Source: Kiritimatiellia bacterium
Lineage (GTDB): Bacteria; Verrucomicrobiota; Kiritimatiellia; RFP12; UBA1067
Length of the DNA: 64,000 nt
Direction of reading: 5' to 3'
NCBI GenBank assembly: GCA_017525225.1
Contig: JAFXTB010000109.1
Coordinates: 1,182-65,181 of the forward strand
Position 1 is the stretch's first letter. Each line of letters begins with the position of its first letter. The notes under the pieces were generated by a model that was not told the origin of the DNA, searched no databases, and was given only the letters and a program-made list of their open reading frames with translations. Below are positions 38,265 to 47,028 of the stretch, piece by piece. The position numbers were made by a program, and so were the translations under genes.

Positions 38265-41200
38265 TCACCAGGGGAAAAATCTATAGGGGTCGTCGTCGAA
38301 CACTGGAACATCCGCATACCGTGCGCATGTATTGCGCGACGACATGCCGGCATTGCCGAGGATGCGGTTCAGGAGATATGTGGCACGACGCCGGGTCGAG
38401 CGCAGGTACGGTCTGCCTTTGTCATCGATCATCCAGGGGGCGACCTGCACGAACACGTAGTAGCCCTTTCCATGCCGGATCACGCGGATGGCGGAGTTGC
38501 CATCGCCGGGGGAATCCTTCGAAAATGCGGCATAGTCCATGCGGCCGTGCCACGCCCATTCAGCGTTGGAGCAGCCGTTGAGTTCCCGTGGCACAATCTC
38601 CATGCGCTCGAAGTGCCGTCCCTTCGCATCGATGACCGTAACCGGAACAGGCGCCCAGGACTTCGTTTCTGCTGCGTCCATTCCCGCGCAGACGACGCGG
38701 ACACCTTCCTCCGATACGCGCTGGTCCAGGTCGGCCGGCTTTTCACCCCCCGACGTCGCGAAGAAAACGTCGCGTTTCCTGGTGGTTGGACCGAATATCC
38801 CGCCAAGGTCCATCTCGCGCACATGCATATATGCCATCTTTCCGGACAATATCGCCCAGGTCGCAGGGAGGCGTTTCCCCGCCTCATGGCGGATTCGAGC
38901 CACCAGCGCACGCACCAGATCGTCCGCCGCCGGATCGGCGACGGTCCGTCCGGTCACGTCGAACTGGCAGAACGTCACATGTGCGAAATCCACCCGCCAG
39001 TCGAGAAGCGGGGCATACTGAAGGTTCCATCCGCCGTCTGCAAGCGCGCGCCAATCGCCGGCTGTCGGCTTTTCCGGGATCACCGTGGCCACCGCACCGC
39101 GGTTTCCGCATCTCCAAACCCGATCGACGTTGTAGCCGGCCCACACCGCATGCGGCACTGAACCCGATGGTGGCATGTGCGATTGGATGAGCGTGGATTC
39201 TCCGGCCCAGTCACGCAGGGTTTCGTCCGCGAGTTTAACATCCCCATCCTTGAAACGGGCAAAGGCGCTTCGAAGACCGTATTCCTGCACTCGGAACCCC
39301 AGAGATTCCAGCGTGGTCTTGCTCTGTTCGAAGACCAGCATGTGTCCCTCGTTGAAATCACGGGAGAAAAGGCCCTGTACAAGTTGCACGTCAAGGGCGT
39401 TGCGCCCGACGACAAGCGCCTTCTCGCGCGCCGCCGTCACGGCATCCGCCACATCCCCCACCAGCTTGAATGGGATGCCAAGCCGCTTGAAGTTCCGCGC
39501 AGTATCCCCATGTGGATCGTAGAGCGGAATCGGTTCATCATCTGCGGATCCAGGCTCTGGCGGAAGGACGGAGAACTGGAATCTATCGCATCCTTGCCAT
39601 CCTGTGGCGGAAAATACAGCCTCGGCCGTGAATTCACCTGCCATCGCCAGCGGAATGGTGATCCTGGCTTCGCCACGGGTTCCGGCGGGGATGCGGGTTT
39701 CACCGACCTGGCGCCATGCCTCGCTCTCTCCGGCGGCAAGCAGCTTCACCGTCCAGGAGTAGGTGCGCTCACTACGGCAGTCGTTGACGAACACCAGTCT
39801 TTTTACTGCTGAATCGCCTGCTCGATATATGTGGCGCTTGTCTGTGAACACAGGATCTCCGCCTATGAAGCAGCAGTCGTCCTGGTTCCAGCGCGCAATC
39901 GTCTCGCCTACCGCGGTACGAACCCAGTTCGTACGCGCCCCCCGGTCCATTATGTACTGGTCGCGGGGCACGGAAAGGTGATCGGCAACAGTGCCTGGGG
40001 CGCATGGCTGTTCCAACGCATCCGGATTTTTAATGACTGGCGTAGGCGCTACGCGCAAATGCATCGTCTGCCTCTGGTCCCACGGAAGTATCCCGGTAAT
40101 TCCCCAGGCGCGCATGCAGCGGAGGTTGTCCTCGAGATAATGCGCCTGCACGGCATGCAGACTGTTTGTCAGAACCAGGACGTCGAAATGCTGCACATGC
40201 CGCCAGCTCCAAGGCCGGCCCTTCGCCCATAGCCGCTCTTCGCTGTCCAGCACCTTCCTTGCAGCCTCGGAATCTTCATAGGCCCTGTCTCCGAAGAACG
40301 CCGCGGCAGCCTCTGCCGCTACGATGCTTTGGAACTGTTCGGTATCCCACACGAACCCGGGGCCACGATACGACGACCAGTTTGCGAGATGCGGATTCCC
40401 CCACTCCACTGCAAGGAATGGTTTCGTTCCATGCCGCGACCAATGTTCTAGCCAGTCGCTCCGTTCCTGGCGTGGCGCCCAGTCGAGATAGACATTGCAG
40501 GTGTACAGGTCGTCGAGATCCCCTGCGGAATGGTGGTAGCAGATGCAAGTGGGGTCAATTTCCTTTACGATCTCCCATGCCCTGTGCGCCGCCTGGCGGC
40601 GCGTCGCTTCGAACTTCCCTCGGCACAGCGGATCCTTCTCCGGCGGATGCTTTCCGTCGATGCGCAGGGGATCGGCCTCCGTTGGATAGCCGGCATAGTT
40701 GTGGTTCATGGCGTACGCGAACACGCAAGGATGCCGCCGCGCCATGCGGATGAGATGGGTCGCCAGCCTGCGGTATCTCGCCTGTTCGGACGCATTGGAT
40801 GCGAACGCCTCGCCTCCGAAGTCCCTCACATGCGGAAGAGTGAAGAAGTAGGCCAGACCGAGTTCGTCGCAAGCCCGCCAGATGCCCTCGAGATGCGTGT
40901 AGGCGCCCCTGGGTACACCGTACAAGTCCGACAGGGCGTTGTACCCTTCGCCGCGAAGACGCCCGCATGTCTCCTGCGCGGCGTCGAAATTGGAATCGGA
41001 ATTCCCGGTCGCCGCCACCGGAGCATGCAGGAAGCGCAGATGGATCGGCGACCCGTTGAGCAGCATCCTGTTCCCTGAAAGCCGTAGATCCCTGAAACCG
41101 AACTTGAACGGTATGGCGGCATCAAGGCAGCGGCTCGCACCGTCGAACACGGAAAGTACGCACGAATAGATGTTGGATGTGGCGTTGAAATCCCAGGTCT

Positions 41201-41864
41201 GTACATCCGGCCACGTGACATGGAAGGACACATGGCCGGACGAGTCTGGCGTAAGCGGCCCGGAGTGAAAGGTCTTGCGTCCGCCATTCCCGGCAATCTC
41301 CGCCCTGAGCGCAATCCCCGTCATCGGGTCTCCGGCAAGCTCCGCGTGGAAGTCCATTGCCCCCCCCGTCGTGAACCCATCGACCCATCCATGCGCTATG
41401 CGAACACCTGCCGGGACAAGATCGAGGTAGAAGTCGCTCGTCACCCCGCCGCCCCATCTGTCATAGGATGCCGATAATTCCACAATCTGCACTGTGCCTG
41501 GCCTAACGGCGCCTGTGACGTCAAGTTCGCCGCCCGGCCAGTCGACCGATCCGACAGTTCTGCCGTCTATGCGTACCTCGACACCAGTGGTCAGCGAGAA
41601 GAACATTATGGCGCGCCGACCGGAAGCCTCCGACGGGATCCTGATCCGTCTGCGATAGCAGAACGCCGCCCCGCGCCCTGGCATGTTTTCCGGCAGCCGT
41701 GCCCTTTCCCACCGGCCATGCGGGAGGTCGCCCCTGCGCTCCCACGGCCCATTTAGCGAATATCGTGCCGACAACGGCGTCTCTACGCGCCAGGCGCTGT
41801 CCAAGGCCCCCGCAAGGAACGGCGCACATGCGACTGCCAATGAAAAAATGTACTCCAGAGACAT
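38265..41864 (-). CDS. Large secreted GH2-like glycoside hydrolase (about 1200 aa) with extra C-terminal domains
   Basis: Signal 'MSLEYIFSLAVACAPFLAGA'. 'FGFRDLRLSGNRMLLNGSPIHLR' matches the GH2 sugar-binding/Ig junction. A TIM-barrel region follows. Confidence 0.45.
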   Translation of the reverse strand: MSLEYIFSLAVACAPFLAGALDSAWRVETPLSARYSLNGPWERRGDLPHGRWERARLPENMPGRGAAFCYRRRIRIPSEASGRRAIMFFSLTTGVEVRIDGRTVGSVDWPGGELDVTGAVRPGTVQIVELSASYDRWGGGVTSDFYLDLVPAGVRIAHGWVDGFTTGGAMDFHAELAGDPMTGIALRAEIAGNGGRKTFHSGPLTPDSSGHVSFHVTWPDVQTWDFNATSNIYSCVLSVFDGASRCLDAAIPFKFGFRDLRLSGNRMLLNGSPIHLRFLHAPVAATGNSDSNFDAAQETCGRLRGEGYNALSDLYGVPRGAYTHLEGIWRACDELGLAYFFTLPHVRDFGGEAFASNASEQARYRRLATHLIRMARRHPCVFAYAMNHNYAGYPTEADPLRIDGKHPPEKDPLCRGKFEATRRQAAHRAWEIVKEIDPTCICYHHSAGDLDDLYTCNVYLDWAPRQERSDWLEHWSRHGTKPFLAVEWGNPHLANWSSYRGPGFVWDTEQFQSIVAAEAAAAFFGDRAYEDSEAARKVLDSEERLWAKGRPWSWRHVQHFDVLVLTNSLHAVQAHYLEDNLRCMRAWGITGILPWDQRQTMHLRVAPTPVIKNPDALEQPCAPGTVADHLSVPRDQYIMDRGARTNWVRTAVGETIARWNQDDCCFIGGDPVFTDKRHIYRAGDSAVKRLVFVNDCRSERTYSWTVKLLAAGESEAWRQVGETRIPAGTRGEARITIPLAMAGEFTAEAVFSATGWQGCDRFQFSVLPPEPGSADDEPIPLYDPHGDTARNFKRLGIPFKLVGDVADAVTAAREKALVVGRNALDVQLVQGLFSRDFNEGHMLVFEQSKTTLESLGFRVQEYGLRSAFARFKDGDVKLADETLRDWAGESTLIQSHMPPSGSVPHAVWAGYNVDRVWRCGNRGAVATVIPEKPTAGDWRALADGGWNLQYAPLLDWRVDFAHVTFCQFDVTGRTVADPAADDLVRALVARIRHEAGKRLPATWAILSGKMAYMHVREMDLGGIFGPTTRKRDVFFATSGGEKPADLDQRVSEEGVRVVCAGMDAAETKSWAPVPVTVIDAKGRHFERMEIVPRELNGCSNAEWAWHGRMDYAAFSKDSPGDGNSAIRVIRHGKGYYVFVQVAPWMIDDKGRPYLRSTRRRATYLLNRILGNAGMSSRNTCARYADVPVFDDDPYRFFPW

Positions 41865-41887
41865 TGGCCCCCCGTTCGTCAACCTCG

Positions 41888-44800
41888 TCAACGGAAGCTC
41901 AATGCCATGCCGCCAAGACCTAGCATCCGTACCGTGAGCTCCCCACCCGACAGCTTTGTACGCATGTCGCCTGACTTTGATGGTGAAGGATCCGCGGTCC
42001 ACCCCGTGAAGCCCTCATCGGCGACAACGGATGTTCCCGACGCAAAGAGGATATTCGCGCTGGCCTTCCGAAGTCCATCCGGGAACGACAGCACCAACGC
42101 CCCCGGCAGCACGACATTCCCGGCGCCAGTGACAGCCGGCATGCCCGTTCCGTCTTTTTCGATGGTCCAGCGTGAATTTTCCGCAACAGCCACATCCAGT
42201 CCGGTCGCAGGACCGGAAAGGACGAGTCTACCGCCATCCAGCATGACGATTCCGTGCCAATCGGAGACATCCCCCGAGAGAGTCGTAACACCGCCAGCGA
42301 GGCGGAGCGTACCCCACCCCTTGAGCGATCCTGAGAAATTTCCACCATCTGAGATGGTTAGGGTGGAGAACGGGGCGATTGTCAGCTCACCGCCCCCCGA
42401 AAGCGAATTGACCACCTGGGACTGTCCGGAAAATACCGCTTTTGCTCCAGAGGCGACCGAAAACGCAGTGGTTTCCGGTAATGTGGAACCTATCGGATCA
42501 GATGTTCTCATGTCGAGGGTCAGTACCTGGACTTCTCTTTCCGACAGCGCCTTTCCATACAGCCGGATGTCGTCCACAAGACCGGTGAAATAGCGTCTGG
42601 TACTTGGTCTGTAGCCGACGTAGAAGTTTGCCGGGGATATGTCGACATTGGGCACATCCCATGTGGTGGTGGACAAAAGCACGCCTTCACGATAGATTCG
42701 CACCGTCTCGTTGGTATCCTTGGCGAACACGTACGTGATCCAATGGCGCTCGCTATCGGCATTGACATAGAACGGGCCGCTCTTGTCGGCGAAAGACGCC
42801 CCTCCGGTCTGATTCCAGCTCACATAGGCGACAGGCGGAGTATAGTCGGCGGTAGTGTATACACCGGCGCAGAAATACCGGTTGGCCGTAGAGAAGTCAC
42901 CCCATCCAACGACAGAGGCAAGCATTACTGTATCCTTTTTGGCGAAGCGCACGGCAAGGGTGAAGCTTGACTTCCCGGTCGGGAACCCATTGGGGAAGGT
43001 ATCGAGGTGCAGCGATGCGTTGCCGGCAAGATCCAGGTACTTGCCCTGGGCGCCCGGCACCGAAGACTTTATGGACGGGGAACCCGAAGCGACAGAGAGC
43101 GTATGTCCGTTGCCGGACGAATCCCTTCCGATGTCACTGCTGTCATCGAACGCCCAGTGGGCAAGTGGGCTGGGCAGTTCCTCGGCGAAGTCATCTATCT
43201 TCCGCATGGGGAAGCTGGCGTGGGCCAGAGCCGCAACCTCCTTCGCTGTACACTCGCGATTTATGATCATGAACTCGTCCATGTCTCCGTCATAGGCCGA
43301 GCCGTTGGCGCTCGTTGTCGCGGTTTCTATCGCGCCCAGGCAGAATCGGTTCCCCCAGGTGGTCGAGATGTCCTGGCTCGTCGTCGCGGAATCCACGAGT
43401 ACGCCGTCAAGATACAGCTTCCGCGACCGACCGCCCTGCGTAAAGCAGATGTGATGCCAGTCACCATCGTCGAACGTGACACCTTCAGGCAGCTTGCCCT
43501 GAAGCTGCGCGGCGGCGAATGTCCGCTTGTCCGCATTGGCGCCGAAGCGAAGCCAGATCAGGTCGTAGTTTGCACGTGTCTCGCCCCACCCGCTTCCGGT
43601 ATGGAAAACGCAGCCGTTGCCGGCGGCGCCCGTCGCGGTGGGCTTGACCCACACGCTGATGGTCAGGGCGCTCCCGACATCGTACTTGTTCATGTTCTGG
43701 ACCCTAAGCCGCCAGCAGGCATCGTGGTTGAAGCGAAGCGCCTTGCCGAAGGCACCTGCAGGAGCCGTCGAATATGACAACGGCAGACCGTTTTCAGCAG
43801 TCAGCGACGCCAGACCCTGCAACCGTTCTTCGGCATACGTTGAATCGCCGTCGAAAGGCAGGCGGAACACGATCTCCTCCGGGAAATTGCATGGCCCGTC
43901 CAGCACAAGCGCGCCTGCGTTGACATCGGTCGTGCCCGAGTATGTGCTGTGCCCGGAAAGAGTCAGAGTGGAACCGGCGCCGTTCAACGCCAGGGAACCG
44001 CCACCGACCAGGCGGCCCTGGTATTCAGATGCATTGCCTGAAACAGGTGCGACAGTCAGCGCCGCGTTGTCAGGAAGCGTTATCCTGGCCGACGAACCTG
44101 AACCGTTCAAGCCTGCGACTGTCTGGCCAACGTCCAGGGTTATGTCGCCGCCCATCGACGCCCCGATGGTCGAAGCCGCCGGAAGGGCCGTCTGGAACGT
44201 CACCCATCCAGCGCAGGAACTGTAGTTGGCCACACCCGCTATCGGACTTTGGACGGTCGACAGTCCGGTGCAGTGGAACACTATGTTTCCATCTCCCTGC
44301 AACGTGCCGGCCACGCAGGCATTGTTGGCCAGGTAGGCCGTATGCCCGTTTAGATTGATATTGTGGCCGCTGTTGCCCGCCACAGACCATAGCGTACCCA
44401 GATAGACATCGCGCTCCAGCACCAGCTTGCCTTTGTTGCCAATGAGGGATATGCCAGCATAGTTCATCCCGGAATTGTAGGCGGACGGCATGTTAGCGCC
44501 GATGATGACAGTTCCGTCATACGCGCGCACGTTCACCTTACTCCTGTAGGGTCGGAACTCCGCATCGATGCAGAACGAGCCGCCTCCATAAAGGTTGAAT
44601 CCGCAGTCTGTGGCGCCGGTCGTGTCCAGAGGAACCTTGACGCGCCAAATGACCTTTCCGTTGGACGGCACTGTGACGGGCATTGGCGTATTGATATCCG
44701 TGCCGAACACGGCACGGGCGGAACCTGTCCCGGTGAACGTCCACGTGCCAGCGCTCGACGGCAGCGTGAGGCCGCCTATGCGCAGCCCAACAGTGGCGGT

Positions 44801-45082
44801 TGTGACGGCGGCGCCGTCTGCAAGGGTGGAAAAGTCAAATGTGGTCGAGTAGCCCGATTCCGAAAGCCAGTCCGAGAACGTGCCGGCGGCATAGTCAGAA
44901 TCCCAGTTCGCCGCATCGTCCCACGAGCCGCCAGACGACGGACCTTTCCACGTGAGCGTACCGTCCGTCGCCAGCGCCATGTTCGCCGAGCACAGCGAAA
45001 AAAGCAATGAGAACACGATCGCCGCCGAACCATTGCGGTACCGTCGCGTCCCGGTTTCAGGGCCCATCACAATCTTCTCCAT
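41888..45082 (-). CDS. Giant secreted surface protein with autotransporter-associated beta-strand repeats (beta-helix) and two LamG/concanavalin-like domains
   Basis: 'GSLALNGAGSTLTLSGHSTYSGTTDVNAGALVLDG' is the PVC beta-strand repeat. 'DGDWHHICFTQGGRSRKLYLDGVLV' is LamG-like, and there are two such domains. An N-terminal signal is present. Confidence 0.6.
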   Translation of the reverse strand: MEKIVMGPETGTRRYRNGSAAIVFSLLFSLCSANMALATDGTLTWKGPSSGGSWDDAANWDSDYAAGTFSDWLSESGYSTTFDFSTLADGAAVTTATVGLRIGGLTLPSSAGTWTFTGTGSARAVFGTDINTPMPVTVPSNGKVIWRVKVPLDTTGATDCGFNLYGGGSFCIDAEFRPYRSKVNVRAYDGTVIIGANMPSAYNSGMNYAGISLIGNKGKLVLERDVYLGTLWSVAGNSGHNINLNGHTAYLANNACVAGTLQGDGNIVFHCTGLSTVQSPIAGVANYSSCAGWVTFQTALPAASTIGASMGGDITLDVGQTVAGLNGSGSSARITLPDNAALTVAPVSGNASEYQGRLVGGGSLALNGAGSTLTLSGHSTYSGTTDVNAGALVLDGPCNFPEEIVFRLPFDGDSTYAEERLQGLASLTAENGLPLSYSTAPAGAFGKALRFNHDACWRLRVQNMNKYDVGSALTISVWVKPTATGAAGNGCVFHTGSGWGETRANYDLIWLRFGANADKRTFAAAQLQGKLPEGVTFDDGDWHHICFTQGGRSRKLYLDGVLVDSATTSQDISTTWGNRFCLGAIETATTSANGSAYDGDMDEFMIINRECTAKEVAALAHASFPMRKIDDFAEELPSPLAHWAFDDSSDIGRDSSGNGHTLSVASGSPSIKSSVPGAQGKYLDLAGNASLHLDTFPNGFPTGKSSFTLAVRFAKKDTVMLASVVGWGDFSTANRYFCAGVYTTADYTPPVAYVSWNQTGGASFADKSGPFYVNADSERHWITYVFAKDTNETVRIYREGVLLSTTTWDVPNVDISPANFYVGYRPSTRRYFTGLVDDIRLYGKALSEREVQVLTLDMRTSDPIGSTLPETTAFSVASGAKAVFSGQSQVVNSLSGGGELTIAPFSTLTISDGGNFSGSLKGWGTLRLAGGVTTLSGDVSDWHGIVMLDGGRLVLSGPATGLDVAVAENSRWTIEKDGTGMPAVTGAGNVVLPGALVLSFPDGLRKASANILFASGTSVVADEGFTGWTADPSPSKSGDMRTKLSGGELTVRMLGLGGMALSFR

Positions 45083-45210
45083 GGCAAGACCTTTCTATTT
45101 GCGGATTTGCATTGTCAGCATTCTACACCATTGAGCAACGAATTTATTGTACATTGTGGCGATTGATATGTAAAATCTGCCAAGCAATCTTGAGAATATA
45201 CAATCCGCTG

Positions 45211-45240
45211 TTGAAAGCGCCGGCACTGGTTTGCTATAAT
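45211..45240 (+). promoter_or_regulatory. Promoter of the AraC regulator: TTGAAA-N18-TGcTATAAT ending 8 nt before the ATG (leaderless)
   Basis: -35 at 45211-45216 and extended -10 at 45232-45240. The ATG is at 45249. Confidence 0.5.
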
Positions 45241-45248
45241 GTCGGCGC

Positions 45249-46013
45249 ATGAACCGACAGGAGAAAAAAAGGCTGCAGGATGCGTTCTTCAAGAAGGTCG
45301 GCGTCAACGTCGCAACGTTCAAGGCGATGATGGACGTCCTGCCGGACGTGGCGTTCTACATGAAGGACGAGCATGGGCGCATCATGGCGCTCAACCGGCG
45401 GAACTGCGACTTCTGCAACATCCACAACGAACTCGACGCCATTGGGAAGAAAAGCAACGAGCTTTTCCCTGAATCGCTTGCCCGCTCCTATGTCGCGCTG
45501 GACAGGACGGTCAAGCGGACGCGCCGTCCGATAATAGAGAGCGCGGAGGAGTACGCGGCCGACTACTCTAACGACATCGACATGAAAAGCGTATTCCCGC
45601 TGTTCGACAGATCGGGACGGTTCATCGGCACGGCATGCATCTACTATCGCAAGCACCATGCCAACAGCTCTCCAGACTGGCACGGAATACTGAAGCCGGT
45701 GACTGAATACGCGCAAGCGCACTACGCCGAGAGCATCACCCTCGAGCGTCTGGCTGAGGTGATACACACCACTCCGTCAAACTTCAGGCGACATTTCACT
45801 CAGACCTTCGGGATCTCCCCTGGGCGCTATCTCACAACCATCCGCCTGAATGCCGCGCGCAATCTGCTTGAGGCAACCGATCTGCCCATCGCCGCCATCG
45901 CCGCCGAAACCGGCTTCTTCGACCAGAGCCATCTTTCAAAGACATTCAAGCGCGAGCGCGGAGTCACTCCGGGCGAATACCGCCGCAGGCATCGTACACG
46001 GTCCAATTCGTAG
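45249..46013 (+). CDS. AraC-family transcriptional regulator (N-terminal PAS-like sensor, C-terminal HTH)
   Basis: 'ESITLERLAEVIHTTPSNFRRHFTQTFGISPGRYLTTIRLNAARNLL' is the AraC HTH signature. It is divergent from the glycan locus. Confidence 0.8.
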   Translation: MNRQEKKRLQDAFFKKVGVNVATFKAMMDVLPDVAFYMKDEHGRIMALNRRNCDFCNIHNELDAIGKKSNELFPESLARSYVALDRTVKRTRRPIIESAEEYAADYSNDIDMKSVFPLFDRSGRFIGTACIYYRKHHANSSPDWHGILKPVTEYAQAHYAESITLERLAEVIHTTPSNFRRHFTQTFGISPGRYLTTIRLNAARNLLEATDLPIAAIAAETGFFDQSHLSKTFKRERGVTPGEYRRRHRTRSNS

Positions 46014-46029
46014 CCGGCACAATTCGGGG

Positions 46030-47028
46030 CTAGGACTGCATCTTGTCCAGGTCGTGCGGGGCGAACACGCCCTTCTCCGTGATGAACCCTGTGACGAGAT
46101 CGCCGGGGGTGACGTCGAAGGACGGGTTGAGCGCATGCGAACCCTCCGGCGCGAGTCTCATGCCGGCCATGCACAGCACTTCCTCCTCGGCGCGGTGCTC
46201 TATGGGTATGGCGCGCCCGTCCGGCGCGTTGAAGTCGAAGGTGGATATGGGCGCCGCCACGTAGAACGGTACCCCGAAATGGCGTGCCAGCACGGCCTTG
46301 TCGAAAGTGCCGATCTTGTTCGCAAAGTCCCCGTTGGCCGCTATGCGGTCGGCCCCGGTGATCACGAGCCCCACGCCATCGGCGAGATAGCGGGCGGATG
46401 CGCCGTCCGGGATGATGGCGTGGTCGATGCCTTCCTGGAGCAGTTCCCAGGCCGTGAGCTGCATGCCCTGCAGGCGCGGACGCGTCTCCGACACGTACAC
46501 GAAGAACCTCCGTCCCTCATTCTTCGCCACGCGCATCGGGGCGAGCGCCGTGCCCCAGTCGCCCGTGGCGAGCGCGCCGGCGTTGCAGTGGGTCATCACC
46601 TTCATGCCGTCCTTGATGAGGGGTGCTCCGAAGCGGCCGATCTGACTGCACTTGCCGATGATCGTCTCGGCGTAGGCATCCGCCGCAGCGGCTGGATCCT
46701 CTCCGGCCGAGATCGCCGCGACCATGGAGTCGACAGCGTAGAAGAGGTCGTATGCGGTGGGTCTCGCCCCTTTCACGAAAGCCGCGGCCTCGGCGATGTC
46801 CGCGCCCGAACGCGCGGCGAGCGCCATCGCGTAGGCGGCAACAATGCCGATGGCGGGCGCGCCGCGCACGGCCATGTCGCGTATGAGGGTGGTGGCGAGG
46901 CGCCAGTCGGTGGTGGAGACGATCTCGAGCGAATGCGGCAGCCGCCGCTGGTCGATGAGCTTCAGCTCGCCATCCTCGAACCACGCCGCGCGGATGTCGC
47001 GCACAGCGCCGTGCATCTCAACCTTCAT
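46030..47028 (-). CDS. mtnA: S-methyl-5-thioribose-1-phosphate isomerase (eIF-2B alpha/beta/delta family)
   Basis: 'IDQRRLPH', 'VRGAPAIGIVAAYAMALA', 'MTHCNAGALAT' and 'YVSETRPRLQG' are present. Length is 333 aa. Confidence 0.75.
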   Translation of the reverse strand: MKVEMHGAVRDIRAAWFEDGELKLIDQRRLPHSLEIVSTTDWRLATTLIRDMAVRGAPAIGIVAAYAMALAARSGADIAEAAAFVKGARPTAYDLFYAVDSMVAAISAGEDPAAAADAYAETIIGKCSQIGRFGAPLIKDGMKVMTHCNAGALATGDWGTALAPMRVAKNEGRRFFVYVSETRPRLQGMQLTAWELLQEGIDHAIIPDGASARYLADGVGLVITGADRIAANGDFANKIGTFDKAVLARHFGVPFYVAAPISTFDFNAPDGRAIPIEHRAEEEVLCMAGMRLAPEGSHALNPSFDVTPGDLVTGFITEKGVFAPHDLDKMQS

